Origin: a virus
Taxonomy: Duplodnaviria; Caudoviricetes
Strand: one strand, 5' to 3'
Length of the DNA stretch: 30,115 nt
IMG/VR virus record: IMGVR_UViG_3300044723_001072
Span: 1 to 30,115 of that record
This document shows, one piece after another, positions 8,273-15,696 of this stretch. Under the pieces are notes generated by a model, which saw only the letters and a program-made list of their open reading frames with translations, was not told the DNA's origin and searched no databases. How positions within the stretch are numbered: position 1 is the stretch's first letter; every line of letters starts with the position of its first letter. The translations under genes were made by a program, and so were the position numbers.

Positions 8273-8480
8273 TAGATATGGAGATATACCACAAGGTAGT
8301 CATATGGGCTTCTTCAAAACAGGTATAGCAGTAGCAGATGAACCAGTCACATACGGTTATAGTTACATTGTAGCACCCAGTAAAGAATACATGGATTTAG
8401 CAGTACTAAATTACATTAACAAGTATGGTATAAGAGAAATAGAATCAATAACACAGGAAGAATATGAAAGCAAAATATAA
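8235..8480 (+). CDS. Hypothetical protein
   Basis: 81 aa with AAGGA RBS. Confidence 0.65.
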   Translation: MAKTKQETVQTNNRYGDIPQGSHMGFFKTGIAVADEPVTYGYSYIVAPSKEYMDLAVLNYINKYGIREIESITQEEYESKI

Positions 8481-8685
8481 TATACCTGAATACCCGGGCT
8501 TTACACCACAACAGAATGTTGATGCTTGGAAGTTACGTTCTGAAATAGTAGATAGTTATATTGATCAAGGATTATTAAGTACTAATAATTTATTAGCATT
8601 AAGTAAAATGCCTAATGATATAACCAGAACACAATTATTATTAAGTATTTTAAATAACAAGGAACAAAATGAAAGCAAAACATAA
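8464..8685 (+). CDS. Hypothetical protein
   Basis: 73 aa with AGGA RBS, overlapping its neighbours. Confidence 0.6.
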   Translation: MKAKYNIPEYPGFTPQQNVDAWKLRSEIVDSYIDQGLLSTNNLLALSKMPNDITRTQLLLSILNNKEQNESKT

Positions 8686-8905
8686 GTACAATAGTAAAAC
8701 ACCAGAAGGAGCAAGGAGAATTGCTCAGAGTATGGGGTATAAACACACAATATATGATGAACCTAAAATGATACAATTACTTGCTAGAGCAGGTATACAT
8801 TTAGATGGTATAGACTATAGTAATAAAACAACATATGTTGACGATATGCCTTTTGAAAGTAATCCTGATTTAGTTGCAGATAGTACAGAAACAATTAAAT
8901 TATAA
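8669..8905 (+). CDS. Hypothetical protein
   Basis: 78 aa with AAGGA RBS. Confidence 0.6.
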   Translation: MKAKHKYNSKTPEGARRIAQSMGYKHTIYDEPKMIQLLARAGIHLDGIDYSNKTTYVDDMPFESNPDLVADSTETIKL

Positions 8906-8973
8906 AGTTGTAAGTCCTGTGTGCGTCTAAAAGAGGTGATTGCCATTACCTTAATTCCAGCACACAGGCAACC

Positions 8974-8981
8974 GATAAATA
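8974..8981 (+). promoter_or_regulatory. GATAAATA putative promoter inside palindrome ACCGAT-aaat-ATCGGT
   Basis: Recurrent octamer within inverted repeat 8971-8986. Confidence 0.5.
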
Positions 8982-8986
8982 TCGGT

Positions 8987-9110
8987 ACATTATAATATAG
9001 ACGACATAAAGGATAGTGTGTCCATTAACCGTCGTCGATAGTAAAGATGGGTCTTTACATTATAAATGTCTTTCCCAAGCCAGATAAGTCAAACGATCTG
9101 GCTTTTTTTT
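8987..9110 (+). ncRNA. Candidate ~120-nt small RNA
   Basis: Lies between a GATAAATA motif and an intrinsic terminator, with stems 9000-9005/9031-9036 and 9041-9047/9052-9058 and no ORF. Confidence 0.4.
9077..9110 (+). terminator. Rho-independent terminator
   Basis: AAGCCAGAT/ATCTGGCTT stem running into T8. Confidence 0.8.
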
Positions 9111-9114
9111 GGTC

Positions 9115-9144
9115 AAAAAAATACCCACATAGTGCGGGTATTTT
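9115..9144 (-). terminator. Rho-independent terminator, minus strand
   Basis: The minus strand reads AAAATACCCGCA-CTA-TGTGGGTA then T7. The G-U pair works only on the minus strand. Confidence 0.65.
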
Positions 9145-9236
9145 ACTATTACGTTCGGTAATAGGCAAGTTAGGACAAGCCAGTATTAGTTATAATATGC
9201 TTTAATGATTGTCAACAAAAGTGGCCTAAATGGCTA

Positions 9237-9250
9237 AAAAGGATAAATAG
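9237..9250 (+). promoter_or_regulatory. AAAAGGATAAATAG putative late promoter (head-tail operon)
   Basis: Identical 14-mer at 4111 and 22643, about 40 nt upstream of the portal start. Confidence 0.75.
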
Positions 9251-9288
9251 TAATACCATATGGGCAACATAGCGACTGGAGATAACAA

Positions 9289-10995
9289 TTGGCTAAACAA
9301 AATTATCACGAATTTATAACTAGCAGAAATCCTCTATACACAAAATATTATGATGACTGGCAGTTAGCAGTTCGTAGTTATTATGGCGGACAAACATATC
9401 GCGATGGTAAATATCTAAAAGCATATGCTAGTGATTATAGTACTGGTGCTGAAACAATTAATACATATGATATAGATAGTGAAGGTAACACTATAGGCAT
9501 CAGAAAAGCAGTAGCTCGTAATGTAAACACGCCACAAGAAGCAAATAGCGGTGTGGATTTAAGTAACTATTATCAGGAAAAGTTAGCAAATGTTCCTGTA
9601 TTCCCGTACACCAGATTATACATATCAGAATACAATGCAATGCTATTCAGAGTGCCACCACAAAGAACACTACCAGATACGCCAGAAGTAAACGCATTCC
9701 TTAACAATGCAGATGGGGATCAGAACAGTCTAAACGAATTTATGAGTCAGGTAGACACATTTACCAGTGCAATGGGAGTTGTATGGGTAAGTTGCATCAA
9801 GCCCACAGACAGCCAGTATCCTAAATGGAGAATGCATAAACCAACAGATGTAACTAACTGGAGTTACAAGTACACCACAAGCGGAGATCTTGTACTAGAT
9901 AAGATCGTAATACGCATAGCAGAAGATTATAACGCAGAAATTTATCAAGTAATAACAGACGATTACATAGACACCATATTTGTCGCAGTAGACCCGGACG
10001 AAGATATAATGGTACCAGAAGGTGCTGAATATATAGAAGGAGACGATGATTATGATGGATATCACAGAATACGCCAACCTAATGAGTTAGGTACGGCCTC
10101 AATCGTAAGACCCGTGTATCAGAGCACGCCTATAGTACAAGGCATAGGGCATACGCCCATCTTTGATATCGCACAGATACAACGTAGTGTTTACAGTCTC
10201 GCTGGAGAGCAATATAGTGCCGTGTCATATGGCCTACATGGTGTAAACGTAGTTGATGAAGAAACGTTTAATCGAAATGGATCAAGCGTGGGTGCAGAGC
10301 CTGGATCACTAGTAATAGTGGGTAGCAGTCTCGACGGGCAACCCAATTATACATATGAATTTGCAACACCAGATTTAAGCAGTCTGTCAGAAATAAGAAC
10401 CATAATGGATCAGCAAATTGATAAGATGAACCAGGTTGCAATGATCAGATCAGAAGACCTAATCAAAGCAAGTAGAAGTGGTGCGCAAATAGAGATGTAC
10501 GACAGCAAATTAGAAGCATTTATCCGTAAAAAAGCAACAAGCCTGGAAAATGCAGAATATAACTTATGGAATATCTGGTTCGCCTGGATGGGACAAACAA
10601 TGCCAGAGGATTTTGCAGTAAGTTATAACAGATTATACAATCAGAAAGGATTGGAACACGAAATTAAAGAAATAGATACATTATTAAATGTATATGAAAG
10701 ATACTCAGAAGTATTTGATGAAGAAGAATACACAATTAGAGACTATGAAACAGAAGCAGAAGCAGAGGCTGAAGCAAACAGATTAGGAGGCACAGGCACT
10801 CACAGTCATACCAGAGAAGATGGACTGGTGACATATATGCCTTTTGCTACACATGAAGAGTATGAATTAAGATTAGAAATGAGTACAGGTGTTGATATGA
10901 CAGAAGCACCAGAATTTAAGAAAGATTTACAAGATAAGTTGAAGACCAGATTAAAACAATTGGTAGATTCAACTTATACTAATAATAGCCTGTAA
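9289..10995 (+). CDS. Portal protein
   Basis: 568 aa with TTG start and GGAGA RBS. It is first in the head module, with an SPP1-like ending (SGAQIEMYDSKLEAFIRKKATSLENAE). Confidence 0.85.
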   Translation: MAKQNYHEFITSRNPLYTKYYDDWQLAVRSYYGGQTYRDGKYLKAYASDYSTGAETINTYDIDSEGNTIGIRKAVARNVNTPQEANSGVDLSNYYQEKLANVPVFPYTRLYISEYNAMLFRVPPQRTLPDTPEVNAFLNNADGDQNSLNEFMSQVDTFTSAMGVVWVSCIKPTDSQYPKWRMHKPTDVTNWSYKYTTSGDLVLDKIVIRIAEDYNAEIYQVITDDYIDTIFVAVDPDEDIMVPEGAEYIEGDDDYDGYHRIRQPNELGTASIVRPVYQSTPIVQGIGHTPIFDIAQIQRSVYSLAGEQYSAVSYGLHGVNVVDEETFNRNGSSVGAEPGSLVIVGSSLDGQPNYTYEFATPDLSSLSEIRTIMDQQIDKMNQVAMIRSEDLIKASRSGAQIEMYDSKLEAFIRKKATSLENAEYNLWNIWFAWMGQTMPEDFAVSYNRLYNQKGLEHEIKEIDTLLNVYERYSEVFDEEEYTIRDYETEAEAEAEANRLGGTGTHSHTREDGLVTYMPFATHEEYELRLEMSTGVDMTEAPEFKKDLQDKLKTRLKQLVDSTYTNNSL

Positions 10996-11059
10996 AAAGG
11001 CAAGGTAGGGGGTAACCCCGTAAACGAAAATACGTTTACTTCTACGATTAAAGGAGATA

Positions 11060-11905
11060 ATGATGGAAGCATCAAATGACACGGCAGTTCAGCCCGAAAT
11101 AGTTGAACCAGTAACAGATTCTGCAAATCCTGTCGCTACTGAGCAATCAGTTGCAACTGAGACTAAATCTGATAATAACACAACACCCAGTGTTGAGGTC
11201 CGAGACGGAAAGACTTATGTTAATGGCATAAGACAATACAGCAGAGATGATGTAAATAAAATATCCGCTAATGCTAAAAACGAGGTTCAAAAGAATATTC
11301 TTAATGAACTAAATGTAGACAGCATAGACCAAGTGAAACAAGTTGTTTCTACCCTTCAAGAGGTAAATCCTGAAGAAGGAAACAGTCTTAATGTAGATTC
11401 ATTGCGTGATGCAGTGAAGAAGCGTGAAGCCACAGTAGAGGAACTTAAATCACAAGTAAACAGTCTTAAGACTGACTTGATGTTGAAAGACCATATGGGT
11501 CAATTGCAAAATGCTATGCCAGGTAACTGGTCAGCACAACAGAAAGAATCTGTAATCAAATTAATGAAAGCAGATGGTATGTTAGCAGTAGAAGGTGATA
11601 CATTTGCTATAAGAAACGGAAACGACTTCTTAACAACAGATGGAGAAACACCAGACTATGCTAAAGCAATTGAACTTGTAGGTAAGGATAAATTAGGTCT
11701 ATCTTTTGGTAAAAAAGGTGTTGACGTACAGTACGGTGAAACAGGGTTAACTGATTCAGGACAAGGTCCTAAAGCATATAGCACTGATAAAGTAAACACT
11801 GATACTGAATACAGATCGGCGTATATGAGAATACGTCACAATCAGCCTGGTTTAGCAAAATCCAGTATAACCGACGCAATGGTTAAAAAGGAAATGCAAA
11901 GATAA
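11060..11905 (+). CDS. Capsid scaffolding protein
   Basis: Acidic, disordered N-terminus and coiled coil, located between portal and capsid, with AAGGAG RBS. Confidence 0.75.
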   Translation: MMEASNDTAVQPEIVEPVTDSANPVATEQSVATETKSDNNTTPSVEVRDGKTYVNGIRQYSRDDVNKISANAKNEVQKNILNELNVDSIDQVKQVVSTLQEVNPEEGNSLNVDSLRDAVKKREATVEELKSQVNSLKTDLMLKDHMGQLQNAMPGNWSAQQKESVIKLMKADGMLAVEGDTFAIRNGNDFLTTDGETPDYAKAIELVGKDKLGLSFGKKGVDVQYGETGLTDSGQGPKAYSTDKVNTDTEYRSAYMRIRHNQPGLAKSSITDAMVKKEMQR

Positions 11906-11991
11906 GGCAGGATAACCGAATTAGATTTATCTAATTCAGACGATAAAACAAAAATACTTAAAATAATTTAAGTATCTACAGGAGAAATATT

Positions 11992-12891
11992 ATGGCCTAT
12001 TCAACAGGTTCAGATACAATTGCTCAAATGTATGCAGACATCGTTCAAGATCTAGTACCTTACTATCTTGACAAAACGTTACTACAGAACTCTGCTATCA
12101 TCAGAATGCAATTAAACGTAGAAGGACAAGGCGGTGGACAAATTAGAATTCCAGTTGCTAACCTTCCTACAGGTGCGGCTACTGTGGCAGAAGGTGCTAG
12201 TATATTAGCGGCTTCAAACAGTAATTTAACACCAACAGCGGCAAATATCGTATTTGCTAAAAGAGGTTCTGCTTCAGACATAACACAAGAAGCAGTAGAA
12301 GATGGATTATTTGATAACGTAGTTGGTTCAACACTAGACAGACTGTCAGGTGTTTTAGCAACAGGTACAGATAGTGCTGGTACAGCCTTGATGAAAACAT
12401 CTTTTACAAACAACGATGGTGTAACAGGTGCTAACGCAGACTTTACACAATCATTCATTATGTCACCAGACGCAATGGCATTCGGCTCATCTCGTACTCC
12501 AACAGTCAACACTTGGTTTAACCCTAACCTTGACCTACATGAGTTCAGAGCAACAACTAGAAATGGCTTTACAGTACTAGACAGCAGATTTGGTAGAACA
12601 ATTAAATCAGCAGTATTAGGCGGAACAGAAGCAGAAGCAAACGTACAAGCAGTAGCACAAAGTGTTGCACATTTACGTTCAGTTAATGCACCAGTTGGCG
12701 CAGACGGAAATTACGTTGGTATTATTGATGCAGGGCTGGAGCTCTCTATTAATAAACAAATTTCTGGAGTTGGTGGAGCAACAATCGGAGCACTAAGTGA
12801 TATCGGTAATAATGCATTGAGAAACGCATTTGCATCAGTATTAGCAGGATGTACTCTATATAGAAGTAATCTATTACCAGACGCATCTTAA
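11992..12891 (+). CDS. Major capsid protein (HK97-like fold)
   Basis: E-loop-like GGGQIRIP..AEG, spine helix, A-domain-like LRSVNAP..YVGII and LAGCTLYRSNLLP. AGGAG RBS. Confidence 0.85.
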   Translation: MAYSTGSDTIAQMYADIVQDLVPYYLDKTLLQNSAIIRMQLNVEGQGGGQIRIPVANLPTGAATVAEGASILAASNSNLTPTAANIVFAKRGSASDITQEAVEDGLFDNVVGSTLDRLSGVLATGTDSAGTALMKTSFTNNDGVTGANADFTQSFIMSPDAMAFGSSRTPTVNTWFNPNLDLHEFRATTRNGFTVLDSRFGRTIKSAVLGGTEAEANVQAVAQSVAHLRSVNAPVGADGNYVGIIDAGLELSINKQISGVGGATIGALSDIGNNALRNAFASVLAGCTLYRSNLLPDAS

Positions 12892-12908
12892 TTGAGGAGT
12901 AAATTGAT

Positions 12909-13481
12909 ATGGCATTTATAACAGACGGCGGAGGTAATGTAATCTCTTTTGCAGAATACACCGATGTAGTACAAAAAGACCAACGTATATTCGAGAGTAA
13001 TAACCTTAAGATACCAGAGGAATCAGGTTTCGTGAGTGTACAAGACTATGTAGAAAATATGTTGCAAAAAAGTACTGATCGTATACTGTTAAAAATGAAA
13101 ACATCAGCATGGTGGGCCACTTATAACAATTATACAGGTAATACCTTTGAATTTAACAACTTGCCTAGTGTAAACCCAAATCGTATAGATCCAGGTAACA
13201 CATTAGGTAGACAGCAACAATTTACAGATATGACCGTATATTATTGTATTAAGGAATACATCGCGCCACTGTTTGCCGAATTCGGTAACGAGGAGTCACC
13301 AGAAGTAGCAAAAATAACATATTATGACGCAAAATTTAATGATATCTTTACAGAATTATTAAGTGTAGCAGATTTCTATGATGCGGATGGAGACGGTGTT
13401 GTAGAAGCCGATGAGAAGTTAACTACTTTCGTGCGTACAAGACGTTCAAGATCTAAAAATACCATAGTGGTGGTTAGATAA
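12909..13481 (+). CDS. Head-tail adaptor/connector
   Basis: Follows the MCP, is helical, and has DADGDGVVEADE near the C-terminus. Confidence 0.65.
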   Translation: MAFITDGGGNVISFAEYTDVVQKDQRIFESNNLKIPEESGFVSVQDYVENMLQKSTDRILLKMKTSAWWATYNNYTGNTFEFNNLPSVNPNRIDPGNTLGRQQQFTDMTVYYCIKEYIAPLFAEFGNEESPEVAKITYYDAKFNDIFTELLSVADFYDADGDGVVEADEKLTTFVRTRRSRSKNTIVVVR

Positions 13482-13879
13482 TGTCAGTAAGATCAGATTT
13501 AATAACTCAGATCACTACTAATTTATCTGGGCACTCAGATATTAACATATCACAAGAGTTACCGTTCGATTCGGGCGGTAACCCTTTATATGAAAAGAAC
13601 CCGAACGTTGTGTATGTAGATGAGCAAGACATAGTCGTAGAACAGTTATACAGAACCCTGGATCAGGGCAATGTTAACCAGACTACTACTACTGTAAATG
13701 CTTATTTAAGTACAGATGCTAAAAATCAATTTACAGATATAAACACCGTTGTTTCTAATCTTCTTATAGCCAGAAACGTTGTCACAAATGTTACTGATAG
13801 TAATAGTGATTATGAGACTGATATAGAAGACGACACAATAACGTATACGTTCGCGTATACATTTACAACTACCATATAG
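13481..13879 (+). CDS. Tail terminator/completion-like protein
   Basis: 132 aa acidic protein directly before the tail tube gene, starting SVRSDLITQITTNL. Confidence 0.55.
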   Translation: MSVRSDLITQITTNLSGHSDINISQELPFDSGGNPLYEKNPNVVYVDEQDIVVEQLYRTLDQGNVNQTTTTVNAYLSTDAKNQFTDINTVVSNLLIARNVVTNVTDSNSDYETDIEDDTITYTFAYTFTTTI

Positions 13880-13889
13880 GAGAAATACA

Positions 13890-14375
13890 ATGGCAGTAAT
13901 AAACGTAACAAACGGTACACAAGCAATCCTCACATTAGGAAATAGTTCTACACTAGCAGAACCAGGCGCAACAAACGGAATGGTTGTTCCTTTTGTTCAA
14001 GATATAACTATTAATGCTACACCAGGAACTGTAAGATATTCAACGTTGGATAGTACAGCCTCTAGTGCATTTACAACTGTAAATGAAAACAGCATATCAT
14101 TAAACGTATTAGTCGATGAGACTGTTATGTTTGGTGAAAGTGGCAACGCAGATAATACTGTGGCACTTAATGGTTTGCTACCTACCAGTATCAACAAGAC
14201 TGAAGTATTCTTTAGTGTTGCTGTAACAGGTACAGGCACAACTGGAGATATCAACATTAGCGGAAAAGGTTTCATAGGCGGATTGGCCCCTACAGCATCA
14301 ATTGATGGTGCGGTATGGTTATCCCCAATGGAAATTATAGTTAATGGTGAACTAAGCAAAAATGTGGAAGCATAA
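13890..14375 (+). CDS. Major tail tube protein
   Basis: 161 aa and beta-rich, with ISGKGFIGGLAPTASIDG..MEIIVNGEL typical of siphovirus tube proteins. Strong RBS and a downstream terminator. Confidence 0.8.
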   Translation: MAVINVTNGTQAILTLGNSSTLAEPGATNGMVVPFVQDITINATPGTVRYSTLDSTASSAFTTVNENSISLNVLVDETVMFGESGNADNTVALNGLLPTSINKTEVFFSVAVTGTGTTGDINISGKGFIGGLAPTASIDGAVWLSPMEIIVNGELSKNVEA

Positions 14376-14401
14376 TTGTAACGTAAGTTAAACAAATTGA
14401 T

Positions 14402-14432
14402 GACTCTCTCGCAAGGGAGAGTTGTCCTTTTA
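14402..14432 (+). terminator. Terminator/attenuator hairpin after the tail tube gene
   Basis: GACTCTCTC-GCAA-GGGAGAGTT (GNRA loop) followed by GTCCTTTTT. Confidence 0.6.
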
Positions 14433-14444
14433 TAGGAACAGAAT

Positions 14445-14699
14445 ATGGAACACAGATTTCTAAATTTATTCGTAAATGGTGTTTGGACTGGTAATCCTGA
14501 TAGAAGTATCAGTATTGCAGGTGTAAAACACGATATGGATGAATATGCTAAACAGCACGGTATTGAACTACCAGATGCTAAAAAAAGCAAAAAAACAATA
14601 AATACAGATGTAGAGAAAAAATATGAAGATATGGAGCAATCACTCGATTCAGGAGATACTGAAGTCGATGGAGATGGAGATAGCGAAAGCACAGAATGA
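14445..14699 (+). CDS. Hypothetical protein with acidic tail
   Basis: 84 aa with AGGA RBS. Confidence 0.6.
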   Translation: MEHRFLNLFVNGVWTGNPDRSISIAGVKHDMDEYAKQHGIELPDAKKSKKTINTDVEKKYEDMEQSLDSGDTEVDGDGDSESTE

Positions 14700-14799
14700 A
14701 GTAAAATGTGCCAAGCGAGATGTTGAAAAAGCATCAAACAGATTAGCATTCGTAAGTAGTGCTATACAACATTTAAACAATAGAGATATGAAGGAGTAA
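14623..14799 (+). CDS. 58-aa coiled-coil protein (not in ORF track)
   Basis: MKIWSNHSIQEILKSMEMEIAKAQNEVKCAKRDVEKASNRLAF... fills the gap to 14803 and overlaps the upstream ORF by 77 nt. Confidence 0.55.
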   Translation: MKIWSNHSIQEILKSMEMEIAKAQNEVKCAKRDVEKASNRLAFVSSAIQHLNNRDMKE

Positions 14800-14802
14800 G
14801 AT

Positions 14803-15099
14803 ATGAAATTATCAGAATTAGCGGCAAAACCCCAATTAAAAGAAATCCAAATAGACGACAAAAATATCGTAGAAGCCTACGGTGATAAATTGTCATTCTT
14901 CGTTATGGATAGATTACCAATAGAAACATATACAAAATTAGCCAGTGTAAAGACTGAAGATCCTGGTGAAATGTATAATGTTATAAAAGATCTAATTTTA
15001 GACGAAGATGGTATGCCAGTTATGGCAGATGGTAATGTATTACCTATGGATGTAATGACAGCGGCAGTTATGAAAGTAACCGAGACGCTGGGAAAGTAA
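14803..15099 (+). CDS. Tail assembly chaperone (lambda gpG-like)
   Basis: Located between tube and tape measure genes and ends in the slippery sequence G GGA AAG. Confidence 0.8.
   Translation: MKLSELAAKPQLKEIQIDDKNIVEAYGDKLSFFVMDRLPIETYTKLASVKTEDPGEMYNVIKDLILDEDGMPVMADGNVLPMDVMTAAVMKVTETLGK
15090..15096 (+). other. -1 programmed ribosomal frameshift site GGGAAAG
   Basis: Same heptamer as lambda G-T. The -1 frame is open (VTETPLLDKRESQ) and joins ORF 15135-15353. Confidence 0.85.
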
Positions 15100-15353
15100 C
15101 AGAAACACCGCTTCTTGATAAAAGAGAAAGTCAAATGGTGTTAGTTATTAATGATATGGCAGAAAAATATGGTATGTTGCCTAGTGAAGTATTAGAAAAG
15201 GCTACAACGCATGATCTAATGATTTACAATAATGCAAATATGATTGCATTACGTGATCAAAAGAAAGCAAAGGGAGAAAGTATATCCGATACAATTAGTC
15301 AAACAGAACTAAATCAAATATGGGAAAACACTAAAGGAAAAGATGGCTCTTAG
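15096..15353 (+). CDS. gpT-like part of the frameshifted chaperone (G-T fusion ~183 aa)
   Basis: In the -1 frame from the slippery site, with MAEKYGMLPSEVL resembling gpT-like motifs. Confidence 0.75.
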   Translation, partial: VTETPLLDKRESQMVLVINDMAEKYGMLPSEVLEKATTHDLMIYNNANMIALRDQKKAKGESISDTISQTELNQIWENTKGKDGS

Positions 15354-15696
15354 AATAAACGATAAAGTATATAAAAAGAAAATTAAGAAATTAGAAAAGT
15401 TCGTTGCTAACCGTCTGCCTAAATTAACGTTAGACGAATACAAACAAAATACTCCTATAGATGGTGGTAATGCTAGAAGAAATACAAAAATTACAAAAAA
15501 AAGAAGAACTGGATTTACTATATTAGCCAACTATGCTTATTCAGGTGTAATTGATCAGGGTAAGTACCCTAATCCTCCTAAAGCAGGCACAGGAAAAACA
15601 AAGGGTGGATATAGTACACAGGCACTGAAAGGCATGGGCGATCCTACATTAAAATTTATAGAAAGAACAGTGAAAAAATATATTAGGAGTATATAA
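15343..15696 (+). CDS. HK97 gp10-like neck/tail component
   Basis: Basic protein with TPIDGGNARRN (TPvdtGxlr-like), YAYSGVIDQG and GYSTQALKGM. Confidence 0.6.
   Translation: MALRINDKVYKKKIKKLEKFVANRLPKLTLDEYKQNTPIDGGNARRNTKITKKRRTGFTILANYAYSGVIDQGKYPNPPKAGTGKTKGGYSTQALKGMGDPTLKFIERTVKKYIRSI

Noticed and set aside
9187-9215. Sigma70 promoter on the minus strand (TTGACA at 9215-9210)
   Set aside because: The best -10 (TATAAC) has only a 15-nt spacer, so it is not called, although it could feed the minus-strand terminator.
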